Shown here: one piece after another, positions 21,452 through 30,154 of the stretch
Layout of the letters: the number at the start of each line of letters is the position of its first letter
Position numbering within the stretch: position 1 is the first letter of the stretch
Assembly (NCBI GenBank): GCA_017394705.1
Contig: JAFPXH010000007.1
Location: 2,973 to 66,972, forward strand
Length of the DNA: 64,000 bases
Origin: Paludibacteraceae bacterium
Lineage (GTDB): Bacteria; Bacteroidota; Bacteroidia; Bacteroidales; Paludibacteraceae
Direction: 5' to 3'
The notes under the pieces: model-generated
The model's input: only the letters and a program-made list of their open reading frames with translations
Database searches by the model: none
Told to the model about the DNA's origin: nothing
Translations under genes and position numbers: made by a program

Positions 21452-21877
21452 ATGGAAGCATTAAGTCATAATTTTGTTGGCTTGGTCACAATTGTTCTTA
21501 TTTTTGGTCTGCCTGTGATAGCAGTAGTAATGGCCTTTTGGTCCTTTATGCATAAGAAGTCAAAAGACAAAGAAGTCCGCCAACTCATCATTGAGAACCA
21601 CACCGATCCGGAGACCGCCAAACTGCTCATTGACGAACCGAAGAAAGCGCCAAAGCCCGGCACGATTGATGTCGGTAACCTTCGCTTCGCTTGCATGTTG
21701 CTCGGTGTAGGTCTCGGAGCAGGTATTGACTGGCTGGCTGATGTTAGTACAAAAAGCATCTATTTTTGGCTGATAGTTGCCTTTGGTGTCGGTATAGGAA
21801 TGTTATGTTCATTCCTCGTAGAATTGCGCCTAGCAAAGAAACAACACCCGACCGAGGATAACTGGAAAGCAGAATAA
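21452..21877 (+). CDS. Membrane protein (141 aa, three TM segments)
   Basis: Hydrophobic N- and C-terminal segments. A C-terminal paralog fragment lies at 22122..22295. Confidence 0.55.
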   Translation: MEALSHNFVGLVTIVLIFGLPVIAVVMAFWSFMHKKSKDKEVRQLIIENHTDPETAKLLIDEPKKAPKPGTIDVGNLRFACMLLGVGLGAGIDWLADVSTKSIYFWLIVAFGVGIGMLCSFLVELRLAKKQHPTEDNWKAE

Positions 21878-21961
21878 CCTGCTTTATGATTCCACCACCC
21901 TGTGACAATTAGTTAATACGAAACGAAACTCAACCAAGGTATATTTCTTCATACCTTACCT

Positions 21962-21987
21962 AACCGCCCATCGCAGGGCGGTTTTTT
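21962..21987 (+). terminator. Rho-independent terminator
   Basis: AACCGCCC-atcgca-GGGCGGTT followed by TTTT. Confidence 0.8.
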
Positions 21988-22121
21988 ATTAAGAAATGAA
22001 ATGGCAAAAGCGGCGTTTTTTGTCTCTTTTTTAATTATTTGTAAGAGTCAGAAAATGAGCACGTTTCAGCAATTTTGAAAGAGCATTGTCTAGGATGCAT
22101 AGGGAATGTATATGAATATGA

Positions 22122-22295
22122 TGGGTTCTTAGCCAAGACACACTCAACGAAACAAAAACAGCAACCAAGAACATTTATTTCTGGCTCATCATCGCCTTCG
22201 GCATCGGCATCGGGCTGCTCTGCTCTTTCCTCGTAGAGATGCGTCTGTATAAGAAATACGGCAAGAAGGAAGAGAGCAACGAGACAAAAGAGTGA
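22122..22295 (+). pseudogene. 5'-truncated paralog fragment of the 21452..21877 membrane protein
   Basis: TKNIYFWLIIAFGIGIGLLCSFLVEMRLYKK versus TKSIYFWLIVAFGVGIGMLCSFLVELRLAKK. No in-frame start; a stop lies just upstream at 22119. Confidence 0.6.
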
Positions 22296-22404
22296 TTATG
22301 ACATATCACATAAAAATCTTCTTCAAAAGCGTCCTTCGGGACGTTTTTTTTCGCTCCAAAACGGTCAAAAACCACATTCCCCAATTCAATTTCCGCCATA
22401 ATAC

Positions 22405-22435
22405 TTGCATATGTCCGAAAAATATTGTAACTTTG
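22405..22435 (+). promoter_or_regulatory. Bacteroidota-type promoter
   Basis: cTTGCA at 22404 and TAACTTTG at 22428, 20-nt spacer. Confidence 0.55.
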
Positions 22436-22513
22436 CACGCAGTTTGCGTGCAGAAAGAAACCACGCAGCAGCCTAATTAGTACAAATTAACATAAAACAA
22501 AAACAATACAATT

Positions 22514-23308
22514 ATGATGGATTTATTGATTCTTTTTGCGGTAGCGATGGCGGTGTCCGCAGTAGGATGGAAATACTTCGTGTATTTCTTCAGTCTCGGT
22601 TACGGGTACGGCATTGCCGCTCTGGCGGTGGCGATGGGTGTAATGTACCATGCGAATCTCACGGTGCCGACAATTGCGATGTTAGTGCTGCTGTTCATCT
22701 TCGGCGTGCGGCTGGGAACGTACCTGCTGGTGCGCGAACGCAAGGCGGTCGGTTACTGTAAGATTCTGTATGGCGAGGGTCATTCTGACAAGAAGCCTGC
22801 CGGCGTGATGATCATGATATGGCTGTTCTGCGCGCTGCTGTACGTGGCGCAGGTGAGCCCTGTGGCTTTCCGGCTGGCGAACGGACCGCACGATAGCGAG
22901 CTGTGGGCATGGATAGGTGCTGCGGTTGTGGCTTGCGGCATATTGCTGGAGAGCATCAGCGATGCGCAGAAGAGTGCCGCCAAGAAAAAGAACCCGAAGC
23001 GGTTTGTGGATACCGGTCTGTACCGTATAGTCCGCTGCCCGAACTATCTGGGCGAAGTGACCATCTGGACGGGTGCGTTGCTCAGTGCTATAGGTGCAGG
23101 GCTGAACTGGTGGCAATGGCTGATTGTGGCTATCGGGTACGCAGGCATCGTGTTTGTGATGTTCAGCGGCGCACGCCGGCTGGAACTGCGTCAGAACGCC
23201 GCCTACGGCAACGACCCCGAATATCAGGCGTATGTGAAGAAAACGCCTATACTGATACCGTTACTGCCTATTTATTCCGTAGCCAAATATGAATGGCTCA
23301 AAGCTTGA
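22514..23308 (+). CDS. DUF1295 / steroid-5-alpha-reductase-like polytopic membrane protein
   Basis: Multi-TM. GLYRIVRCPNYLGEVTIW motif typical of this methyltransferase/reductase-like family. Confidence 0.7.
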   Translation: MMDLLILFAVAMAVSAVGWKYFVYFFSLGYGYGIAALAVAMGVMYHANLTVPTIAMLVLLFIFGVRLGTYLLVRERKAVGYCKILYGEGHSDKKPAGVMIMIWLFCALLYVAQVSPVAFRLANGPHDSELWAWIGAAVVACGILLESISDAQKSAAKKKNPKRFVDTGLYRIVRCPNYLGEVTIWTGALLSAIGAGLNWWQWLIVAIGYAGIVFVMFSGARRLELRQNAAYGNDPEYQAYVKKTPILIPLLPIYSVAKYEWLKA

Positions 23309-23684
23309 TTGGTTTGCCGCCAAGGGGACTCTGACTCCCCAAGACGTAACGCCATGGCAGACGTTCTCCGGCAAGGGGATGCGGTGAATATCCATCTGCC
23401 TGTCGGCAAACTGCTGATATAGAATATCGTGCTGATGGTTGTGCCTATCTCTGTCGGATATATCGTGAACCTCTATCGCCCGGAGATTTTGGCACTGTTC
23501 GCCGCTGCGGTAATGGCAGAGCATAGCAATACCGCAAGAAATATGGTGTGTTTCATTGTTCGTCAAATTTTGTCTGGTAAAGGGCATAGAGCAACCGTTC
23601 TACATACTATGTATAAAGGAATTTTGTAAAAAACTTTGATAGCCGTAGAACGGTCGCTACAAAGCCTTTATGGAATAGAACAGA

Positions 23685-24122
23685 TTATTTGTCTTTGAGC
23701 ATCAGCACTACCGAGCAATCTTGTTCACGGGTATTGCAGATGATAAACTCTGTATCGGAAGACAGAAATATCGCATCATCGTTGCCGTTGGAGTGCGACT
23801 CCATAAGGATTTCATAGCCTTTCTCTTTCGATAGTTTCTGAATGTCTTTGGAGAGTTGTTGCTTCTTGTCGCCTTTGGCGGTGATGATGATCATTCGGTT
23901 GAATTTAGCGAACTTCTCAAGGCCAGTGCCTTTGGTGTCTATGCTGTCAAAAACAACTTGTCCTGCCGTAGCCAAAGACAAACCGGCACTGAACATGGCT
24001 TTGTTGATGCAAACATATTCCACACCTTCCATCTTGGCGTACTTCTCAAATATTTTATTTTGGGCTTGCGCAGCGATGCCGCAAAGGGCGATGACTGCTA
24101 CTAAAAGAATTCGTTTCATCAT
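23685..24122 (-). CDS. DUF4252-like secreted protein
   Basis: Signal peptide MMKRILLVAVIALCGIAAQAQ. IFEKYAKMEGVEYVCINKAMF. Third gene of an ECF-sigma operon, which is the usual context. Confidence 0.65.
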   Translation of the reverse strand: MMKRILLVAVIALCGIAAQAQNKIFEKYAKMEGVEYVCINKAMFSAGLSLATAGQVVFDSIDTKGTGLEKFAKFNRMIIITAKGDKKQQLSKDIQKLSKEKGYEILMESHSNGNDDAIFLSSDTEFIICNTREQDCSVVLMLKDK

Positions 24123-24134
24123 AATTGTATAGTT

Positions 24135-24704
24135 TTAATAGTTGATATATCGGGTTGCTGTTTGAATGGTTTTATTCATTTCGTTTACTTGCTCGGTTGC
24201 AATCATCGTTGAGCGCAAAAACGGAGCCGTTGAACGATTGATGATGTCATTGGCATATAGGATTTCCCGTGCTGCTTCTTCCGGTGTGCTACACGTGTCG
24301 CGGAATGGGTCAGTTGTGTATGTTCGTTGATGAAAGAACACACCGCCGCCTATTGCGAAAAGAATAGCCACCGTTGCTGCTACACGATAAAATATCTTCG
24401 GAGGTGTTTTAAGACGATAAATCACGCCTTTACGTTGTTGGCTAACGTGCGTAAGCGGTTGGATGTCCGACTTTCCAAGATTGTTGATAAAAGTGGCAAT
24501 CTCATCTGCTATGTCAGCCGGCATTTCTTGGTCGGAGATCTGCGCAAGCATAAGAAATAGTTGTTTGTCTTCTTGCAACTCTTCCGGCACATCCTCACGA
24601 CGGAAGAAATCAGCCAACAGCCGTTCTTCGTCCGGCGTCGTTTGTCCCTCGTAGAAACGAGAGAGAAGCGATTTAATTTGTTCTATGGTCATGTTGTATG
24701 TCAT
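24135..24704 (-). CDS. Putative anti-sigma factor (single TM)
   Basis: ATGA overlap with the sigma gene. TM VAATVAILFAIGGGVFF. Confidence 0.5.
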   Translation of the reverse strand: MTYNMTIEQIKSLLSRFYEGQTTPDEERLLADFFRREDVPEELQEDKQLFLMLAQISDQEMPADIADEIATFINNLGKSDIQPLTHVSQQRKGVIYRLKTPPKIFYRVAATVAILFAIGGGVFFHQRTYTTDPFRDTCSTPEEAAREILYANDIINRSTAPFLRSTMIATEQVNEMNKTIQTATRYINY

Positions 24705-25186
24705 AACTTTGCGGTCAGTTCTTTTAATGATTTTCTTGCTCTGGAAAGCAAGGTGTAAATGTTTTCGCGACTGAAACGGGTCAGTTCTTGTATTTGTTCT
24801 ATCTCCAGTCCGTCAATCGTGCGTAATCGAAGCACTGTTTGCTGGTCAGGAGGCAGTTTTTCAATCAGTTGGAACACTGCGTTAAGGTCACTTGCTGCGT
24901 CAATTTGATTTTCGGTGTTGTAGTCTAAAAGCGTCTCAAGGGTTTCGTCATCTGCTTGTGTACTTCGGGCTTTGAGGCGGTCAAGGCAGTGGTTTCGTAC
25001 CATGGTCAGAGCAAACGGAAGTGGTGGTTTGTCGGGTTCTATCGTGTCCCGTTTGCTCCATAACTCGGAGTACACATCTTGCACGCAGTCCCGCGCTTCG
25101 TCGCGGTTACGGAGCAAGTTGTATGCCAGTGCATACATCTTTCCGCTGAACGGCAAATATATTTGCGTAAACTGCTCGTGCGTCAT
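24701..25186 (-). CDS. ECF-type RNA polymerase sigma-70 factor
   Basis: Region 2 YALAYNLLRNRDEARDCVQDVYSELW and region 4 LRTIDGLEIEQIQELTRFSRENIYTLLSRAR. Confidence 0.85.
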   Translation of the reverse strand: MTHEQFTQIYLPFSGKMYALAYNLLRNRDEARDCVQDVYSELWSKRDTIEPDKPPLPFALTMVRNHCLDRLKARSTQADDETLETLLDYNTENQIDAASDLNAVFQLIEKLPPDQQTVLRLRTIDGLEIEQIQELTRFSRENIYTLLSRARKSLKELTAKL

Positions 25187-25453
25187 ACTCTGTTCGGATG
25201 GCTATCTATATGTAATACGATTGAAACTGAAAAATCTTACAAACGGTCTGCATTTTTTTTCAAAAATCAGCACAAAGATACAATAATTTTTTGAGATGTG
25301 TTAATAAAATTTTGATTTTGCAAGTAAAATGAATTGATTATACGTTGCTTTCTGCTTCGTTTTGTTTTCCGCGTTGCTCATGTGCATTCTCTTCCAAATC
25401 TAAAGATTTATTTGTTTATGTCAAAAAAAAGTTGTAACTTGAGATGGTCGATA

Positions 25454-25488
25454 TAAAAAAATCACCGCAGCGTTTAATTGCTGCGGTG
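25454..25488 (-). terminator. Rho-independent terminator of the HNH gene
   Basis: Minus strand: CACCGCAGC-aattaaac-GCTGCGGTG followed by a T-run. Confidence 0.75.
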
Positions 25489-25493
25489 TTACT

Positions 25494-25793
25494 TTAACAG
25501 GGAACATTACGTTCGCCTTTTGCTGTTACTGCGCATGTAAGTCTTCCGTTAAGCTTTGACATGTTGTTCCGCCAATTTAATGGACGCAAATTAGACAAGT
25601 TGTCGGAGCCTCCGTGAGATACAGGAGTAATGTGGTCTATTTCCCATCCATACTCACTTTGACGATTTCCATATGCTCTGAAACTCATCCATGCATCACA
25701 CTGGTCTTTTCTCCAATAAGTTGGATCATTTCCTGGAACAACTTTACCTTTTTGCCATACAGCAAGAATTTCGTCATTTGTAAAATTTGCCAT
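25494..25793 (-). CDS. Small stand-alone HNH endonuclease (99 aa)
   Basis: GWEIDHITPVSHGGSDNLSNLRPLNWRNN (H-N-N/H core). Confidence 0.85.
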   Translation of the reverse strand: MANFTNDEILAVWQKGKVVPGNDPTYWRKDQCDAWMSFRAYGNRQSEYGWEIDHITPVSHGGSDNLSNLRPLNWRNNMSKLNGRLTCAVTAKGERNVPC

Positions 25794-25891
25794 AGATATT
25801 CAAGTTTTAATTAATAGATCATTATTTTCTGATAACTCAGCCTACTACCCGTTTCTTTAACCAAGTGTAGTAGGTCCTTGGGTTGGTGCAA

Positions 25892-25996
25892 TTACTTTTT
25901 CTCAATTACTGTTGTTTTGGGATGACTTTTCGCGTAAGTCATGGTAACATACTTACCTGTAATTGCACTTCTTGCATGTCCTGAATTTTTTGCCAT
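25892..25996 (-). CDS. 34-aa basic peptide ORF with a strong Shine-Dalgarno site
   Basis: MAKNSGHARSAITGKYVTMTYAKSHPKTTVIEKK. AAAGGAGGTG lies 5-6 nt upstream of the ATG, which is atypical for this genome. Hairpin 25841..25874 separates it from the HNH gene. Confidence 0.45.
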   Translation of the reverse strand: MAKNSGHARSAITGKYVTMTYAKSHPKTTVIEKK

Positions 25997-26203
25997 ACCA
26001 TACACCTCCTTTCGTGACACTCAATTTGTTAGACTAATACCTTCTTTTCTACAGGTTCGGGTTCTATCCTGGTCGACTGACATCGTATATAGTACAAAAA
26101 CTATGCCGTACAAAAAGAAACTGACATTTTGGCATAATTAAAATAGAAAATCGGACAGAAAACGACTAAAAATTAAAATAAAATTTAAATTATTGAAAAT
26201 TTA

Positions 26204-26235
26204 TTTGCAGATGTAATTTATTTTTTGTATCTTTG
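26204..26235 (+). promoter_or_regulatory. Bacteroidota-type promoter ahead of the AbiL-like/CBASS gene string
   Basis: TTTGCA at 26204 and TATCTTTG at 26228, 20-nt spacer. Confidence 0.6.
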
Positions 26236-26281
26236 CAGCCGATTTTAGTAAAATTAATGCCAACATTAAAAGTTTAATTCC

Positions 26282-27550
26282 ATGCTTGAAGAATTAAGTG
26301 CAAAAAATCTTCTATCATTTCGTGATGAAATGTGCCTGAGTTTTGAGGCGACGAACGATATGATGGGAGAAGATCAATTAGTAGCAACCATGCCTGATGG
26401 CAAGCGACTGCTGCGACTTGGTATGATCTATGGCGCTAATGCGTCTGGAAAGTCAAATGTGTTATTTATTCTGAATAGTCTCAAGAGATATTGGGGGCTT
26501 GTTCCGAAAGATGTAGATGAAACTACAGGTTGGATGCCGTTCCGTTTTGACACGGAAACACCAAATCAACCCACTGAGTTGACGCTTCGTTTTTACGCGA
26601 AAGGCACGCGTTATTGGTATATTCTCCGACTAACAGAACATCAAGTACTTGAAGAGAAATTATCGTATTACTCTTCCAATCGTCCAACAATGCTCTTTCA
26701 TCGCGTTATGGAGAATGGTCGACTTCAGCTGAATGTAAATCCTGCTGTGAACAAGTTAAACGATGTAGAGTTGCAACAATTGCAAATCAATTGCTTTGAC
26801 AATATGTCGTTCTTTGCTGCACGAGGAAAGGTGAATGTTCAACTATCCTATATAGATGAAGCCCGTGAATGGATGCGTATGCAAGTTCTTGAGACGGTTG
26901 ATCCGGATTTGCATATGTTCGATTATGCAAAATCAAAAATCGAAACGAATCCGGAGTTGGTCCCCTATTTGTTGGAAAAATTAAGTTCGTCTGATTTTAA
27001 TATTACAGGTTTGCAAACGGAACGTCAAGCATCTGATATCCCTGTTGAAATGATCAAAATGATTAATGAAGCTTCTGATATATCTGATGATATGAAACGC
27101 AACCTGCTCACAGATCTACAGGCGAAATTTGAACATACGGTTTATAATAGTCGTGGAGAAGAGAAATATATATTAGAGGATGGATGGGAGTCGCGAGGAA
27201 CAAGAAGAATGATCGGTGTGGAATCAGTTATTTTCCGAGCTAACAAAAAAGGAGCACTGCTTCCGATTGATGAGATTGAGTCGTCATTGCATCCGGCATT
27301 AATAGAACGAGTATTATATGACTTCCTTAAAACGGGGGGAGAAAGCCAGTTGTTGGTCACAACCCATTATGATTATCTTTTGGATTTAGTTAATGACTTA
27401 ATTCGCAAAGACTGTGTTTGGTTTACCGAGAAAGGTAAGGACGGCGCGTCGACGTTATATTCGTTGGCAGAGTTTGCAGGTCTAAATAAGTTGCGTTCGC
27501 TTCAACGGGCATATCGTGGAGGGCGATTTGGTGCAACTCCTAATATCTAA
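26282..27550 (+). CDS. AAA_21-type ABC-like ATPase (AbiLi/RloA-like)
   Basis: Walker A GANASGKSN. C-terminal LLPIDEIESSLHP (Walker B/D-loop) and QLLVTTHY. Confidence 0.8.
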   Translation: MLEELSAKNLLSFRDEMCLSFEATNDMMGEDQLVATMPDGKRLLRLGMIYGANASGKSNVLFILNSLKRYWGLVPKDVDETTGWMPFRFDTETPNQPTELTLRFYAKGTRYWYILRLTEHQVLEEKLSYYSSNRPTMLFHRVMENGRLQLNVNPAVNKLNDVELQQLQINCFDNMSFFAARGKVNVQLSYIDEAREWMRMQVLETVDPDLHMFDYAKSKIETNPELVPYLLEKLSSSDFNITGLQTERQASDIPVEMIKMINEASDISDDMKRNLLTDLQAKFEHTVYNSRGEEKYILEDGWESRGTRRMIGVESVIFRANKKGALLPIDEIESSLHPALIERVLYDFLKTGGESQLLVTTHYDYLLDLVNDLIRKDCVWFTEKGKDGASTLYSLAEFAGLNKLRSLQRAYRGGRFGATPNI

Positions 27551-27554
27551 TTGT

Positions 27555-28145
27555 ATGGCACGGAAGAAAGAAACTCGAAAACTGCGAGAACCGTTACCAA
27601 CAGTAATTGGGGCGGGTATAACAGAGAAATGGTATTTTCGCCATTTGAAGAATCTTGAGCATCTGAAACTTGAAGTGAAACCGAAATATTTTGGGTCAGA
27701 TACGGCATATGATATGCAGAAATTAGTTGAAGGCGTTTTATCTATGGGAGGAAAAGCCATTTGTGTTTTTGACATGGATACTACCCAATGGGATGAAGTC
27801 GAAAAGGAACGAAAGGAACGATTTATTGAAGAATATTGCAAGAATCCGGACGTCATATTATGTGAAAGTATGCCTAGTATAGAATATTGGTTTCTGCTCC
27901 ATTTTGAAAAAACTAACCGTTATTTTAAATCTTCGGATAGAGTAATTGATGTCTTAGAACAGTATATGCCTTATGAAAAAACGGAAAAGTTTTTGTCACA
28001 ACCCCAATGGTTTACTCATTTGGTAAGTGAGAATCGTGGTAAATACGCAATGAAGAATGCAGAGGAACTGGGCGAATTAGGAGAATCCTATACAAAAATT
28101 CCCAAGGCTGTACAATTCTTGATAGAGAAGCAAAAAAAAATGTAA
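27555..28145 (+). CDS. RloB-like (TOPRIM-like) protein, AbiLii-like
   Basis: ICVFDMDTTQWD...PDVILCESMPSIEYWFLLHF matches the remembered RloB signature (vFDrD...S.P.FE.W.LLHF). Confidence 0.75.
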   Translation: MARKKETRKLREPLPTVIGAGITEKWYFRHLKNLEHLKLEVKPKYFGSDTAYDMQKLVEGVLSMGGKAICVFDMDTTQWDEVEKERKERFIEEYCKNPDVILCESMPSIEYWFLLHFEKTNRYFKSSDRVIDVLEQYMPYEKTEKFLSQPQWFTHLVSENRGKYAMKNAEELGELGESYTKIPKAVQFLIEKQKKM

Positions 28146-28173
28146 TTGTTATATATATAGATTAAAGGAATAT

Positions 28174-29181
28174 ATGACAGGAAAGCGTTTTAAAATATTG
28201 TGTATTGACGGAGGTGGAATAAAAGGTATTTTTTCTGCTTCAGTATTGGCAAAATATGAGGAAATATATGGTGTTAAAATGACAGATTATTTTGATCTAA
28301 TAGCAGGGACTTCGACAGGTGGTATAATTGCTTTAGGAGCCTCTTTGGGAATTCCTATGAGTGATATCGTAAAATTCTACGAAGAAAAAGGACCTGCTAT
28401 TTTTTCGTGTTTGGATCTTCCCAAAACTAAGTTAGGAAAAAGTTTAAGAGAACTAAGGATGGGTATAAGGCAAGCATTGATAAAGAGCAAGTATAATAGT
28501 AAAAATTTAGAAAGTGCATTGCGAGAGGTTTTTGGAGATGCTGTATTAAAAGATAGTAATAATTTGTTATGTATTCCGTCTTATAAAATTACAACTGCGC
28601 GTAATAGGATTTTTAAAAAAGATTATGGTCCATATCATACTGATAATAAATTAAGTTATGTAGATGTCGCTCTTGCAACAGCTGCTGCCCCGACATATTT
28701 CCCTATTAAAGAGATCGAAAATGAGCAATATATAGACGGTGGGTTGTGGGCATTGAATCCAACCATAGTAGCTTTGACAGAATTTGCAAGAAATTTCTAT
28801 AATAAAATAGCTCCATATGATTACGATTCAGTTTCTATTCTATCCATTAGCAGTTGCGAAAAAAGTATTCAAGACTATGCACGCATGAAGGAGCGTTCAT
28901 TTTATAGCTGGAAAGATACGTTATTTGATATATATACAAATGGACAGAATCAAAGTGCTAATTTCTTCGTAGAACAAATTAGACCATTTCTTTCTTTCAA
29001 TGTCGAAATAATTCGCGTTGCGAATGAACCTTTGTCCCCTAATCTTTCCCCGTATATTGAAATGGATAGTGCTTCTAAAGACTCCATGAATTTGATGAAA
29101 GGTTTAGGTAGTGATACTGCTATTATGCAGAAAGATTGTGTGGCAAAATTTTTTGAAACAAAGAAAACTTTTAATTTTTAG
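28174..29181 (+). CDS. capV: Patatin-like phospholipase, CBASS effector (CapV-like)
   Basis: CIDGGGIKG oxyanion loop, GTSTGG nucleophile elbow, YIDGGLWALNP catalytic Asp. Confidence 0.87.
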   Translation: MTGKRFKILCIDGGGIKGIFSASVLAKYEEIYGVKMTDYFDLIAGTSTGGIIALGASLGIPMSDIVKFYEEKGPAIFSCLDLPKTKLGKSLRELRMGIRQALIKSKYNSKNLESALREVFGDAVLKDSNNLLCIPSYKITTARNRIFKKDYGPYHTDNKLSYVDVALATAAAPTYFPIKEIENEQYIDGGLWALNPTIVALTEFARNFYNKIAPYDYDSVSILSISSCEKSIQDYARMKERSFYSWKDTLFDIYTNGQNQSANFFVEQIRPFLSFNVEIIRVANEPLSPNLSPYIEMDSASKDSMNLMKGLGSDTAIMQKDCVAKFFETKKTFNF

Positions 29182-29185
29182 AATT

Positions 29186-30154
29186 ATGGCAAATAATCAT
29201 GACCAGTTTATTGAGTTTGATAAAGCGATTTCTTTGTCAGAGAAAAGAAAAAAGCAATTGATAGATCAACGTAAGTTGTTACGTGACAAAATTAGTAATT
29301 ATTTTTCCGATAATTACAGTGATGAGATTCAACCCGAATTTAGAATGCAAGGTTCGTTTGCAATGGATACCTTACTTAATCCTATTCGAGATGATGATGG
29401 TTTAGTTGTGTATGATTTAGATGATGGAGTATATTTCTTAGGGGATATAAAGGAACGCATGTCTGTATCTACATATCATAGTAGGGTTGTATCTGCTGTT
29501 GATGGTCATACTCAAACGCCGCCGGAGAATAAATCAACATGTGTAAGAGTGCATTACGCTGATGGGCACCATATAGATTTACCGATTTATTTTCAAGAAC
29601 CAAATAATAGCCCACGATTGGCTCATTTATCTAAAGGATGGATGATATCATGTCCTAAAGAGTTATATGAGTGGTTTAATAATCAGTCAACTCATCCGCA
29701 ATTGAGAAGAATAGTAAAATATTTAAAAGCCTGGGCAGATTATGTAGAATCACAAAACCAAAGAATTAAAATGCCATGTGGGTGCATATTGACTATCCTC
29801 GCAGTATATCATTTTTTACCTAATGATAGAGATGATATAGCATTCAAAGATGTTGTGTCCAAGATGTATGATTCCTTGCAACAATTATTTTATTGCCGCC
29901 GACCTGTAGAACCGTACGAAAATTTGTTTGAAGAGTATTCTGATACTCGACGAGATGCTTTCTTGGATAAATTAAGAAGTCTGAAAGACGATGCAGTACG
30001 GGCAATTAATTCTAAGAATTCTCATGACGCCTGCTTGAAATGGCAATTGCACTTTGGCGAACGTTTTTGCTGCTCTTCTGCTCTTGATAAAGATGAGGAT
30101 GCTCTTGAACAATCTTCAGCAGGACCAAAATTGAATACAAGTCGTTATGCGTGA
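29186..30154 (+). CDS. cGAS/DncV-like nucleotidyltransferase (CD-NTase)
   Basis: GSFAMDT...VVYDLDDGVYF (GS ... DxD), sitting between patatin and Cap2. Internal ATG of ORF 29111..30154. Confidence 0.8.
   Translation: MANNHDQFIEFDKAISLSEKRKKQLIDQRKLLRDKISNYFSDNYSDEIQPEFRMQGSFAMDTLLNPIRDDDGLVVYDLDDGVYFLGDIKERMSVSTYHSRVVSAVDGHTQTPPENKSTCVRVHYADGHHIDLPIYFQEPNNSPRLAHLSKGWMISCPKELYEWFNNQSTHPQLRRIVKYLKAWADYVESQNQRIKMPCGCILTILAVYHFLPNDRDDIAFKDVVSKMYDSLQQLFYCRRPVEPYENLFEEYSDTRRDAFLDKLRSLKDDAVRAINSKNSHDACLKWQLHFGERFCCSSALDKDEDALEQSSAGPKLNTSRYA

Noticed and set aside
23261-23587. A 108-aa minus-strand ORF overlapping the 3' end of the DUF1295 gene, with a His-rich patch (RDRHNHQHD).
   Set aside because: It has no promoter, a 48-nt convergent overlap and no recognisable family. 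It may be a gene fragment, but I cannot support a call.
25494-27550. Septu-like reading (ATPase plus HNH) for the HNH gene at 25494 and the ATPase at 26282.
   Set aside because: The two genes are divergent, separated by about 490 nt, with their own promoter and terminator. The ATPase is immediately followed by an RloB-like partner, which fits AbiL better.
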